Assembly: GCA_046261835.1 (NCBI GenBank)
Contig: JBHEOA010000176.1
Location: 8,588 to 72,587 of the forward strand
DNA: 64,000 nt
Source of the DNA: Gemmatimonadota bacterium
GTDB lineage: Bacteria > Gemmatimonadota > Gemmatimonadetes > JACCXV01 > JAHWKZ01
Direction of reading: 5' to 3'
Shown here: in pieces, positions 28,058 through 37,819 of the stretch
How positions within the stretch are numbered: position 1 is the first letter of the stretch
How the letters are laid out: every line of letters starts with the position of its first letter
Translations under genes and position numbers: made by a program
The notes under the pieces: model-generated
Told to the model about the DNA's origin: nothing
Database searches by the model: none
What the model saw: only the letters and a program-made list of their open reading frames with translations

Positions 28058-29721
28058 AGTCCGCTGCTCCCTTCCTGGCCCGCGACCTCTTCGCGACAGC
28101 CGTTTTCCTTGCCGTCTTCGTCTTCGTGGGACACGCAAACGTGCAAGGGCAATCGAAGGCCAACTCCTACGACGACCTAGTCGAGCTCTTCTTCGCGTGG
28201 CGCGAATTCCAGGCTCCGGAGATGATCGTGGGCGTGCCGGATTACGGCCGCGAGGCGATGGAGCGCCAGCATCGGGAGCTCGCCGAATGGCAGCGACGTC
28301 TCGGTGCCATCGACACGACCGGATGGCCGGTGTCGCAGCAGATCGACTGGTACCTCGTCTGGGCGGAGATGAACGGGCTCGACTTCGAGCACCGGGTCAC
28401 TAGGCCGTGGGAGAGAGATCCCGCCTTCTACGTCTGGCTCTTTCCTTCCCCGACCGACGTGCCGGCGCGCGAAGGGCCGAACATCCACGCCAGGATCGAG
28501 CTACCGAGCTACGCGCGGCCACTCTCCGCAGCCGATGCCGAGGAAATCGCCGACCGGCTACGGAAGGCAGACGCCCTGTTCCAAGCGGCGCGCATCAACC
28601 TGACGGGCAACGCGCGAGACCTCTGGCTCACGGGCATCCGCAGCATCCGGGAGCAGAGCGAGGACCTCGCAGTCTTCGCCGAATCGGTGAAAGACACTCA
28701 CCCCGATCTCGCCGCCGCGGCTCTCGAGGCGCGCGCCGCGTCGGACGAGTTCGCGGGCTGGCTGGCCGAACGAGCAGGGTCCAAGACCGGGGTGTCCGGC
28801 GTCGGCAAGGAGAACTACACGTGGAATCTCAGGAACGTCCACCTCCTGCCGTATTCGTGGGAAGACGAGGTGCTGCTGCTCGAGCGCGAGCTGGCGCGCG
28901 CCCACAGCTCGCTTCGCCTCGAAGAGCATAGGAACCGCGACCTCCCGGAGCTCTCGCGGATCGACGATGCCGCGGACTACGACCGGCTCGTGAACGAGGC
29001 TGTGAGCGAGTACATGGATTTCTTGGAGGAGGAAGAGATTCTGCCGGTCAAGGGTTACATGGACGCCGCCCTTCGGGCCCAGATAGGACGGTTCACGCCG
29101 ACCGAGGGGCTGCGCGGATTCTTCGACGAAGTCGTTTACAGGGATCCGATCGTGATGCGAACACATCACTATCACTGGTTCGACCTGGCTCGCATGCGAG
29201 AGGAGCCCAACGAAAGTCCCATCCGCAGCACGCCACTCCTCTACAACATCTTCGACGGCCGCGCAGAGGGTATGGCCACCGCCATGGAGGAGATGATGAT
29301 GCACACGGGGTTGCTGGACGACCGACCCCGAGCACGCGAACTCGTCTGGATCATGCTCGCTCAACGCGCGGCGCGCGGTCTGGGCGGCCTCTACCAGCAC
29401 GGGCTGGAGATGGACTTCCACGAGGCGACGGGCTTCGCTTCGAAATGGACGCCGCGAGGTTGGCTTCCGGCGGAGGGAAGCACGATTCACCACGAGGAGC
29501 AGTTCTATCTCAGGCAGCCGGCTTACGGCGGGAGCTACATCATCGGCAAGATCGAGATCGAGAAGCTGGTTGCGGAATATGCACGGCAGCGGGAGGGCCG
29601 CTTCGTGCTTGCCGATTTTCTGGACAATTTCAACCGGGCGGGTGTCATTCCGGTGTCCCTCATCTATTGGGAATTGACCGGCGACAAATCCATGCTCGAG
29701 GAAGCAATCGGCGCGCGGTAG
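28054..29721 (+). CDS. secreted DUF885-like protein (probable CTG start overlapping the upstream stop)
   Basis: In-frame signal peptide (M/L)KSAAPFLARDLFATAVFLAVFVFVGHA begins at the CTG at 28054, inside a CTGA junction with the paralog-B stop. No ATG/GTG/TTG precedes the signal peptide. The C-terminus (...YLRQPAYGGSYIIGKIEIEKL...) resembles DUF885 proteins. The antisense ORF 28558-29493 is rejected. Confidence 0.55.
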   Translation: MKSAAPFLARDLFATAVFLAVFVFVGHANVQGQSKANSYDDLVELFFAWREFQAPEMIVGVPDYGREAMERQHRELAEWQRRLGAIDTTGWPVSQQIDWYLVWAEMNGLDFEHRVTRPWERDPAFYVWLFPSPTDVPAREGPNIHARIELPSYARPLSAADAEEIADRLRKADALFQAARINLTGNARDLWLTGIRSIREQSEDLAVFAESVKDTHPDLAAAALEARAASDEFAGWLAERAGSKTGVSGVGKENYTWNLRNVHLLPYSWEDEVLLLERELARAHSSLRLEEHRNRDLPELSRIDDAADYDRLVNEAVSEYMDFLEEEEILPVKGYMDAALRAQIGRFTPTEGLRGFFDEVVYRDPIVMRTHHYHWFDLARMREEPNESPIRSTPLLYNIFDGRAEGMATAMEEMMMHTGLLDDRPRARELVWIMLAQRAARGLGGLYQHGLEMDFHEATGFASKWTPRGWLPAEGSTIHHEEQFYLRQPAYGGSYIIGKIEIEKLVAEYARQREGRFVLADFLDNFNRAGVIPVSLIYWELTGDKSMLEEAIGAR

Positions 29722-30004
29722 CGGTCGACGGATCGAAGCGACTCTTCGCGGTGTTGCCGGGCGGCCCGCGGAAGATTAGGCTTTCACTTCCCCTGCCGAT
29801 CGACGAGCGGTCGGTCCCCATCCGCGACACAATAGGTTCTTCGCGATGCCCCTCGGGCCTCGGCCGGCGTGTCGACAACGGCCAGCCATGTGGGGTCCGG
29901 CGGCCAGCCGTGGACTGAACCGCGGGGTCGGCGTCGATGGACGACTAGGGATCGTGGTCGGGTAGGTCATTGCCCCAAGATGTAGTGGGTCCTTATCTTG
30001 GCGC

Positions 30005-31801
30005 ATGCCCCTCCCGTCCGCGCCCGCCACGGGTGAGATGCACGATTTCGAGCTCGACGACGATTTCTGGCCAGGGGTTCTGGGTGCGCTTCGAGAGGAC
30101 ACCCCGGTGGATTACCTCGGGGACCGTTGGCCGGCTTTCGCCGAGCTCGTCGAGGGCCTCGTCGCCGATGCCGAGCGGGAGCCGATCCTAGTCGGCTTCC
30201 GCCTCGCCACTCACGGTCGGAATCCTCGTCTCTTCGCCGTACTGACGGGCGCCCTCCTCGCGCGCTCGCGAATCCCTACGCTCGTCCTCGATCTGAGCCC
30301 CGATACACGCTGGCTCGAGCAGCTCCTCGGCGCCGATTACAAGGAAGGATTCGTCGACCACGTCCGCTTCGGCGCGCCGCTCGCGCAATGCACGAGGGAA
30401 ACGGGGCTCGATGGGTTGTGGGCCATGAGCGGCGGCACCTGGTTCCTCGCCGGTTCGCCGCTCGACGATGCACCGGGGTTCCGCGCCGGGCTCGAAGAGC
30501 TACGACGTCACCATGGCGCGGTGATCGTCACCCTGCCGCCCCCGCTCGAGGCGGGCGACCGCACGGGCATCGCCGCGCTCTGTGGGGCACTGGTGACGGT
30601 CGAGGAACGAGGGACGGATGCCTCTCTCGCCGGCAGCGAGCGGGCCGTCGTGCGTCTCAAGGGAAACACCGATGCCGCGCGCGACCTGGCGCATCTGACC
30701 CATCACTTCCTGGGTCCTTTGCCGGTCCTGCTCGGCGCCAAGACGACGCCGGTCGCACGGCAGGCGACTTCCACACCCATCGATCGGAAGGCGATCGCGG
30801 GCCGCTCACGGAGCGCCGTGCTCGGAGCAACCGCGGCGGAGAGGGCGCGAGACGAGGACCTCCTCTTCCTGCAAGGGTTCGAGGGTCCGCGACCCGGCCA
30901 TAGTGGTTCGTCCGAGCGTCGCTCGAAGGAGGAACCGAATCGGTCGGAGGAGCACTCGCGTCGCTCGAAGGTTGGGCGTTCGCGCCGATCGAAGGAGGAC
31001 GAGCAGCGGAGCCGATTCCGTCCACGACCAGCGCTGTTCGCGGCAGCCCTGATATTCGGAGCGATCGTGATCGTGGGGATCGTTGGGCACGGGGTCGCGT
31101 TCGACGTCGTTCGCGGGCTCGTCGACGAGCCGGATCGTTCGTATCCCGAGCTCGAGGGCGGGGAGACGATCGCGCTCGACCCCGTTCCCGGATCCGCTAC
31201 GGAGACACTGCCGGTCGATACGGTCGACGGTCTGCCGCCCAGCGTGCTCGCGGCCGATTCGATCCTCCTCGCCGACACGACGACACTGGCCGGATCGACG
31301 CTCGAAGACCAGCAGGCCCTGCTCTCTCGAGGCGCGGGACGCCCCGCGCCTTTCTCAGTCCACGTCGGGTCCTATCAGAGTGCCCGCTCCGCGTTGCGGG
31401 TGGTCGAAGGGGTCGAGGCGATGGGGTACCCGGCGACGCTGTCGCCGGTCACGATCCCGGGCAAAGGACAGTGGTTCCGGATCTATGCCGGCTCCTTCGC
31501 CGACTCGACCGAGGCCATGCGCGCGCGCGACCGTCTCCAGGCGTCGGATCTGGTCGACGAAGGCGTGGTGCGATCGGCGCCATGGACATTCGAGATTGGA
31601 ACCTATCCCTCGCTCGAGGCCGCGCGCGGGGACGCCGCGGCCCTACGCGAGAGAGGTATTGCGGCGTACCCCGTGGGGCGGGAACCGGTTCGCCTCTACG
31701 CCGGCGCTTACCAGTCGCGCGAGGAGGCCGAGCTCCTGGCGCACACCCTGCAATCCGTCCTCGAATCCCGCTCCGCGCGGCTCATCGTGAGGGAGGAATA
31801 G
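30005..31801 (+). CDS. bitopic membrane protein with two C-terminal SPOR (peptidoglycan-binding) domains and an N-terminal cytoplasmic domain of unknown function
   Basis: Central Arg/Ser/Glu-rich linker, then a transmembrane segment (ALFAAALIFGAIVIVGIVG). Two SPOR-like repeats (FSVHVGSYQSARSA...WFRIYAGSF and WTFEIGTYPSLEAAR...RLYAGAYQS). The stop abuts the smc GTG. Confidence 0.7.
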   Translation: MPLPSAPATGEMHDFELDDDFWPGVLGALREDTPVDYLGDRWPAFAELVEGLVADAEREPILVGFRLATHGRNPRLFAVLTGALLARSRIPTLVLDLSPDTRWLEQLLGADYKEGFVDHVRFGAPLAQCTRETGLDGLWAMSGGTWFLAGSPLDDAPGFRAGLEELRRHHGAVIVTLPPPLEAGDRTGIAALCGALVTVEERGTDASLAGSERAVVRLKGNTDAARDLAHLTHHFLGPLPVLLGAKTTPVARQATSTPIDRKAIAGRSRSAVLGATAAERARDEDLLFLQGFEGPRPGHSGSSERRSKEEPNRSEEHSRRSKVGRSRRSKEDEQRSRFRPRPALFAAALIFGAIVIVGIVGHGVAFDVVRGLVDEPDRSYPELEGGETIALDPVPGSATETLPVDTVDGLPPSVLAADSILLADTTTLAGSTLEDQQALLSRGAGRPAPFSVHVGSYQSARSALRVVEGVEAMGYPATLSPVTIPGKGQWFRIYAGSFADSTEAMRARDRLQASDLVDEGVVRSAPWTFEIGTYPSLEAARGDAAALRERGIAAYPVGREPVRLYAGAYQSREEAELLAHTLQSVLESRSARLIVREE

Positions 31802-34800
31802 GTGAAGCTCCAACGTCTCGACCTCTTCGGCTTCAAGTCGTTCGCCGACCGTGTGTCGATCGAGTTCAATCCCGGGATGACCGCGATCGTCGGTCCCAAC
31901 GGATGCGGCAAGAGCAACATCTGCGACGCCATCCGCTGGGTGCTGGGTGAGCAGCGACCGACCCTCGTTCGAGGCTCCAAGATGGACGAGGTCATCTTCG
32001 CGGGCAGCCGCGAGCGCAAGCCGATCCATTACGCCGAGGTGCTGCTCCATTTCTCGAACGAGGACGGCGTTTTACCGGTGGAGTACAGCGAGGTCTCGAT
32101 CGCGCGTCGCATCTACCGGGAGGGCGAGGGCGAGTACCTCCTGAACAAGCATTTCTGCCGGCTCAAGGACATTCAGGATCTACTCATGGGCACGGGGATC
32201 GGTACGCATGCCTACTCGCTGATCCAGCAGGGAATGATCGACGTGGTGTTGTCGGATCGGACCGACGAGCGTCGCTATCTCTTCGAAGAGGCGGCCGGCG
32301 TCACGCGGTACAAGACGCGGCGCAAGGCGGCGGAGCGGAAGCTGGAGGCCACGACCCAGGACTTGCTGCGCGTCGAAGACATCGTGACGGAGGTCGAGAA
32401 GAACGTCGGCGCGCTCAAGCGACAGGTGGGAAAGGCGCGGCGCTTCCGCGAGTACGAGGCCGAGGAAACGCGCCTCGATGTCCACGTCGCCGCGCGTGAA
32501 GGGGCGCTCCTTGCCACGCGGCGCGAACCTCTTGGCATCGAGCTCAAGGCGCTCGAGACCACCGACGCCGATCAGGCGGCCCGCCTCGCCGAACGCGAAG
32601 CTGAGCTCGAAGGGCTGGAGCTCGATCTCGCGAGCGGTCGCGGCGAGGAACAGGCCGCGCGCGTACACGCGGAAGACCTGCGGAGCCGGATCAGCCGCCG
32701 CGACCAGTCCCGGCTGGTGACCGCCGAGACCTTGAGCCATAACGCGCGCCGGTTGGAAGCCCTGGTGGCCGAGGACGAGCGGGCCGACGAACGCACGGCA
32801 GAGCTCACGGCGCGCCGCGCGTCGCTCGAGAGGGACCGCGACGAGGCAGCCGAGCGTCGGGAGCGCATCGTCGCGCGCCTCGAGCCGGAAGGAGACATGG
32901 CGGTCGAAGACGAGCACCACGCCGAGCGCAAGGCGGAGCGCGCGCGACTGGTTGCCGAAGCGGAGGCGCTCCAGGAGCGCAGCGCCGAGGCCCGGCAGGC
33001 GGCCGCTCGGCTGACGAGCGCAGCCGAGGCAGCCGTCGAGCGCCACGCCGCACTCGCCATCGAGCGGGACGAGCGGCGCGAGGCTCTCACCGGCGCCTCC
33101 GCCGCGGCGGTAGCCGCCCGTGAGAGGCTCGCGGCCTCGCGAACCAGCCACGAGGAGGCGCGTTCGCTGGCGGCCGAGCGCCAGCTGGCGCTCCGTGACG
33201 CCGCGCGCGGGCTCGAGGGTGCCCGCGAACAGGTCGCGGCCGCGCGCGCCGCCGAGCGGGCTGCGGCGAGCCGACACCAGACGCTGGCAGCGCTGGAGTC
33301 GCGCCTCGAGGGGTACGGCGAAGGCGCGCGCGCGCTCCTCGGAGCCGAATCTCCGGTGCGGGGTATTTCCGGGGCCCTGCCCCAGGCGGTCGAGCCCATG
33401 GAGCCCCGTTTCGAGCGCCCGCTCGACCGCTACCTCGAGTCGTTGGGCCACGCGCTGCTCGCGCGCGACCGTAGCGCTGCGGTCCAGGGAGCCGAGCAGC
33501 TCGCCGAGCAGGGCGGCGGCCGCGCCGACTTCCTGATCCCCGAGTTCGTCCCCGACGGGACGATCCCCGAGCTCCCCGACGAAGCGGCTGCGGTCGTGCT
33601 CGCGCGCGGATCCGATGTTGCGCGGTGGACAGGAGACCAGGGACTCGCGGCGCGGCTCGCGCCCTTGTTCGCCCGGCTCCTGGTGGTCGCTGACCGCGAG
33701 GCCGCCTTCCGCTGCCGGTCGGCGCTACTCGCCGATCCGATGGCGGCACGCCATTTCGCCATCGCGGGGCTCGACGGAACACTGGTCGAGCCGACCGGCC
33801 GCTGGCGAACCGCGGGTGACGTGGGGGAGGAGGGCCTCCTCGCACGCCGTCGATTGCTGGCCGAAGCGGCGCGCGACTACGACGAGCGGCGCGCAGTCCT
33901 GGGCGCGCACGAACTGGCGCTGAAGGAAGCCGAACGCGAGGTCGTAGACGCTGAGGCGGCGCTCGCCAGCGCTCAGGTTCGCCAGGCAGAGATCGACCAG
34001 ACACACCGCGCCGCGCGCGAAGAGGCCGCGGTCGCTGAGCAGATCGAAGCCCAGATCGCAGGGCGCGTCACGGAGCTCGAGACGGCGGTAGCGGAGGAAA
34101 GCGAGCGGCGCGACCGCGCCGAGGGGGCCCATGTCCGCGCGGCCGAGGCATTCGCCGCATCGGAGCGTGACCAGGCGCTGGTCCGGGAGCGGCTCGAGCA
34201 GGTCCAGGGAGCCCTCGAGCGCTACGAGGAGGTGCGCCGCGCGCGTTTGTCGGCGCGTCACGCGGTCGAGCTCGAGCGCGCCGAGGCGGAAGCAATGCTG
34301 CGCGCCGTCGAGCGCGAGATCGAGCACCTCACGGTGGCCGAGGAGTCCCTCCGTCATGCGCGGGACGAGCGCGCCGCCGAGCGCGCCCGCCTCGAGCAGG
34401 GGAGCGCGGAGCTCGAAGCCGAGCGCATCCGCCTGGCCGTGGAGATCGAGGCGCTGTACGGCGACCTCGACGCGGCGACCGAGAGGTTGCGTGAGTCCGA
34501 GGCGCGCCACCACGGAATCGAAGAACGGAGAGCCAGGCTGGAGACCGAGATCCGTGCCCTCCGCCGCGAGCACGAAGAGACGATGGAGCGCCGTCATCGC
34601 GTGTCGCTGACGCTCCAGGATGTCGACTTCCGCCGGGAGGCCCTCGATGTGCACCTGGCCCAGATCTACGACTCCCCGCTCGAGGCCCTGGTCGAGCGCC
34701 ATCCATTGACCGAGGAGGAGGCGGGGCTGGAGCTCGATGCGCTCCGGCAACGGTTCGAGGAGGTCCGCCGACGGCGGATCAACCTGGGCCCGGTAAACAT

Positions 34801-35452
34801 GCTGGCGGTCGAGGAGTACGAGCGCGAGGCGGAGCGGCTCACCTTCCTCCAAACCCAGCGCGACGACCTCGTCCGGGCGCGCCGACAGCTCGAGGAGGCG
34901 ATCCGCAAGATCAACGAGACCGCGCGCGAGCTGTTCCTCGACACCTTCGAGAGAATCCGCGAGCATTATGACGAGACGTTCCGCGTCCTCTTCGAGGGCG
35001 GCCACGCCGACATTCGCCTCGCGAACCCCGACGATCCCCTCGAGTCTCCGATCGAGATCGTGGCCAGCCCCCGCGGCAAGCGGGTCCAGCACATCACGCT
35101 TCTTTCGGGGGGCGAGCGTGCGCTGACCGCTCTCGCTCTGCTCTTCGCGATCTACCGCGTCAAGCCCTCACCCTTCTGCATCCTCGACGAAGTCGACGCC
35201 CCGCTCGACGACGCCAACATCTCCCGCTTCCTCCGGATGATTGGTCACTTCAGCGATCGAACGCAGTTCATCGTCATCACCCACAACAAGCGGACGATGG
35301 AAGCAGCCGACTACCTGTACGGCGTGACGATGGAGGAGCCGGGCGTGTCGGCGATCGTGTCGGTCTCACTCGGCGCTGAGGGTGAGCGAGGGAGGTCGAG
35401 GGAGGACGAGGAGTTCGAGGAGCCCGCGCGGGCCTGGGCAGCTGCGGGGTGA
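31802..35452 (+). CDS. smc: chromosome segregation protein SMC
   Basis: GTG preceded by GGGAGGAA. Walker A GPNGCGKSN at the N-terminus. Long coiled-coil region. Hinge, then C-terminal signature LSGGE and Walker B ILDEVDAPLD. 1216 aa. Confidence 0.9.
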   Translation: MKLQRLDLFGFKSFADRVSIEFNPGMTAIVGPNGCGKSNICDAIRWVLGEQRPTLVRGSKMDEVIFAGSRERKPIHYAEVLLHFSNEDGVLPVEYSEVSIARRIYREGEGEYLLNKHFCRLKDIQDLLMGTGIGTHAYSLIQQGMIDVVLSDRTDERRYLFEEAAGVTRYKTRRKAAERKLEATTQDLLRVEDIVTEVEKNVGALKRQVGKARRFREYEAEETRLDVHVAAREGALLATRREPLGIELKALETTDADQAARLAEREAELEGLELDLASGRGEEQAARVHAEDLRSRISRRDQSRLVTAETLSHNARRLEALVAEDERADERTAELTARRASLERDRDEAAERRERIVARLEPEGDMAVEDEHHAERKAERARLVAEAEALQERSAEARQAAARLTSAAEAAVERHAALAIERDERREALTGASAAAVAARERLAASRTSHEEARSLAAERQLALRDAARGLEGAREQVAAARAAERAAASRHQTLAALESRLEGYGEGARALLGAESPVRGISGALPQAVEPMEPRFERPLDRYLESLGHALLARDRSAAVQGAEQLAEQGGGRADFLIPEFVPDGTIPELPDEAAAVVLARGSDVARWTGDQGLAARLAPLFARLLVVADREAAFRCRSALLADPMAARHFAIAGLDGTLVEPTGRWRTAGDVGEEGLLARRRLLAEAARDYDERRAVLGAHELALKEAEREVVDAEAALASAQVRQAEIDQTHRAAREEAAVAEQIEAQIAGRVTELETAVAEESERRDRAEGAHVRAAEAFAASERDQALVRERLEQVQGALERYEEVRRARLSARHAVELERAEAEAMLRAVEREIEHLTVAEESLRHARDERAAERARLEQGSAELEAERIRLAVEIEALYGDLDAATERLRESEARHHGIEERRARLETEIRALRREHEETMERRHRVSLTLQDVDFRREALDVHLAQIYDSPLEALVERHPLTEEEAGLELDALRQRFEEVRRRRINLGPVNMLAVEEYEREAERLTFLQTQRDDLVRARRQLEEAIRKINETARELFLDTFERIREHYDETFRVLFEGGHADIRLANPDDPLESPIEIVASPRGKRVQHITLLSGGERALTALALLFAIYRVKPSPFCILDEVDAPLDDANISRFLRMIGHFSDRTQFIVITHNKRTMEAADYLYGVTMEEPGVSAIVSVSLGAEGERGRSREDEEFEEPARAWAAAG

Positions 35453-35471
35453 ACGCACGCCGAAAGAGCGG

Positions 35472-35810
35472 CTAGCGACGCTCCGCCCGCTCGCGCGCGA
35501 TGTCGCCGATCAGCGGGAGCATCCACCAGTTCCCGCGCCACGCGTGCCACAAGAGGAGCACCGTCAGCGCGAGCGCTATTACAACCAGAATCAGCACCAG
35601 ACCTTTCCCAACGATCGGGATGAAGTCGACTCCCAGAATCGCCAGTCCCACGGCGATCCAGAGCAACAGCGACTGCCAAGCGTGAAAGCGGACGAACGGT
35701 CGGTCGGGGTAGAACCACAGGCAGAAGAGGCCGGTGATGAACCCCAGCACGTAGGCGAGCGCGGCCGCCCGGGTGTCTTGGGGGGCGGGTCGGCCAGTGG
35801 ACTCAGCCAT
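35472..35810 (-). CDS. DUF4870-family small membrane protein
   Basis: Motifs FVRFHAWQSLLL and ...AWRGNWWMLPLIGDIA match the DUF4870 consensus. Three transmembrane helices. Confidence 0.65.
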   Translation of the reverse strand: MAESTGRPAPQDTRAAALAYVLGFITGLFCLWFYPDRPFVRFHAWQSLLLWIAVGLAILGVDFIPIVGKGLVLILVVIALALTVLLLWHAWRGNWWMLPLIGDIARERAERR

Positions 35811-35938
35811 CTCCGTTGGGGTCGGCGACGATGCGTCGGTAGTGGGTCATCGTCGCATTTCGTTGACGGGGTACGCGAGCCTCACGAGATTCGCAGGCGG
35901 CGGCGAGGATACGAGGTGAGGAGGAGAGGGTCAAGACG

Positions 35939-36325
35939 ATGAACGAGAGCATGCGGCTCATGGAGGCGCTCGAGCTCGGGCCTGGCGAGCGGCTCGAGCG
36001 GGCCTACGTCTTCGACCCGATCGAGCGCGGCGGCATCGCATTCCTGTTGACTTTGGTCACCAAGCGGCTCGCCGACGGTCGACTCGAGATGGCGGCCCTC
36101 GGCAGCCGCGGATCGGCGCCAGGGGAGATCGCGCTCGAATTCACCCGGCGCGCGCGATTCCCCGAAGATGTGCTCCTTTCGATCCTCGCCGAGCTGATCG
36201 ATCGGACCGGCGCCGAGGGCGCGGCCTATCGCGAGATCGACCTCGAGATCGCGCCCGGGACCGAACCCGCCGCTCAGGTCGTCACCCTGGTCGAGCAGAT
36301 CCTGCCCGCCGGCGGATCGAGTTGA
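35939..36325 (+). CDS. hypothetical protein, translationally coupled to fur
   Basis: ATG is preceded by GAGGAGAGGG. 128 aa. Its stop overlaps the fur TTG (TTGA). No recognisable domain. Confidence 0.5.
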   Translation: MNESMRLMEALELGPGERLERAYVFDPIERGGIAFLLTLVTKRLADGRLEMAALGSRGSAPGEIALEFTRRARFPEDVLLSILAELIDRTGAEGAAYREIDLEIAPGTEPAAQVVTLVEQILPAGGSS

Positions 36326-36774
36326 CACCCGGCAACGCGCGCGAGGCTGCTCTCGACCGCTTCCGGAACCACCTCCGTGGCCGCGGTCATCCGGTGACTC
36401 CGCAGCGGATGCGAGTCGCCGAGGTGCTGTTCGGAACCCACCATCACATCTCCGCGGAAGAGATCCTGGCGAGGCTTCGCGCAGGACGCCGTCCGGTAGG
36501 GAAAGCGACCGTATATCGCACGCTCGATCTCATGCGCGAGGCGGGGCTCATTCGAGAGCATGACTTCAATGAGGGCTTCAAACGCTACGAACCGCGTCCC
36601 ACGCGCCCGCATCATGAGCATCTGGTCTGCACGCGCTGCGGCAAGGTCATCGAGTTCGTGTCTCAAGCGATAGATCGAGTGGAGTCCGAGGTGGCCGCTC
36701 TGCATCATTTCCTTCCGACACACCACCGGGTCGAGATCTACGGCCTATGCGAGGAATGCCGTGAGGATCGTTGA
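36322..36774 (+). CDS. fur: Fur-family metalloregulator
   Basis: VTPQRMRVAEVLF helix-turn-helix region. HHH and HHEHLVC...C metal site. C-terminal CxxC (CEEC). Confidence 0.8.
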   Translation: MTPGNAREAALDRFRNHLRGRGHPVTPQRMRVAEVLFGTHHHISAEEILARLRAGRRPVGKATVYRTLDLMREAGLIREHDFNEGFKRYEPRPTRPHHEHLVCTRCGKVIEFVSQAIDRVESEVAALHHFLPTHHRVEIYGLCEECREDR

Positions 36775-37819
36775 CCTTGCAGCAGTCGCGGGCACGCCCG
36801 AGATTCGGCCGTTCGTGCGCGCGACATCCTTCACTGCTCTCGCGATCGTGGCGTTCCTCGGAATCGTCGCGCCGTCGCCTGTGGCCGCTCAGGACGAGAT
36901 CGATGACGATTCGGGGCTCATCGGTCTGAGTCTACCGCTGGGCGCGCGCGCGATCGGGCGTGGACGGGCGATCTCGGCCACCGCCGGCGAGCTCCAGGCG
37001 CTGCCATACAACCCGGCGGCGGTCATGGGCCTCGGGCGAGGTGCCTTGACGTACAGTCGCTTCGAGGCGGCCGACGACGCGGAATTCAACGGCAATTATC
37101 TCGCTGCCGGCGCCGACACGCGCTGGGGAACGGTCGCTATCCAGGTGATCTACTTGGATTACGGCGATGTGCCTGTCACCGAAACGTCGCCCGATCCAGT
37201 TGGCTCGATCGAGATCAGCGATTGGGCGCTCGGCGCGACCTACGCCAACCGGATCTACGGCGAGAAGCTGGCCTACGGCGCCACCCTGAAGTGGCTGTCC
37301 ACCAACCTCGGTTCGATCGACGCCAGCGGTCCCGCGCTCGACGCCGGGCTGGTTTATTCGCCGCGATCGGGCCTGCCCCTGACCTTGGGCATCGCCCTGC
37401 GAAATCTGGGGCCGGATCTCGATTTCGGGGGGACGACGGAAGGTGAGGATGCACAAGGCGAGGAAGCCCTCCCGTCGCGCGTGCGCGTGGGGGTCGACTA
37501 CCGACCGACGACCTTCCCTGGCCTCCCCTCCGACTACGCGATCGAGCTCGGATTCGACATCGAGAGCGATCTCCGCGATCTCGCGACCTCCAGCCAGCAC
37601 GCCGGCGCGTCGATCACGATCCATCAGATCGTCGTCGTCCGCGGGGGCCTGCTCCTGCTCGACAATCCCTACGCCAGAGGGAGCACCGCCAACCGGATAA
37701 CGGGGGGCGCCGTCGGAGTCGGCGTCCGCTTCGGCGGGTTCGAGGCCGACGTCGCGCGCGAGATCTCGGTGAGCGAGCTGGGCGACGAAACGCACTTCGC
37801 GGTCGGATGGCGATTCTGA
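36761..37819 (+). CDS. outer-membrane beta-barrel protein (PorV/PorQ/UPF0164-like), C-terminal Phe
   Basis: Signal peptide (an alternative GTG start at 36812 is also possible). Alternating amphipathic strands. GARAIGRGRA motif. Ends ...FAVGWRF. Confidence 0.6.
   Translation: MRIVDLAAVAGTPEIRPFVRATSFTALAIVAFLGIVAPSPVAAQDEIDDDSGLIGLSLPLGARAIGRGRAISATAGELQALPYNPAAVMGLGRGALTYSRFEAADDAEFNGNYLAAGADTRWGTVAIQVIYLDYGDVPVTETSPDPVGSIEISDWALGATYANRIYGEKLAYGATLKWLSTNLGSIDASGPALDAGLVYSPRSGLPLTLGIALRNLGPDLDFGGTTEGEDAQGEEALPSRVRVGVDYRPTTFPGLPSDYAIELGFDIESDLRDLATSSQHAGASITIHQIVVVRGGLLLLDNPYARGSTANRITGGAVGVGVRFGGFEADVAREISVSELGDETHFAVGWRF

Noticed and set aside
28558-29493. 311-aa minus-strand ORF inside the DUF885-like gene
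   Set aside because: Antisense to a protein-like plus-strand ORF. No conserved features.
32180-35092. Several long minus-strand ORFs (32180-33451, 33087-34004, 33725-35092) antisense to smc
   Set aside because: They lie inside the well-conserved smc coding region and have Arg/Ala-rich junk composition. This is a typical high-GC artefact.
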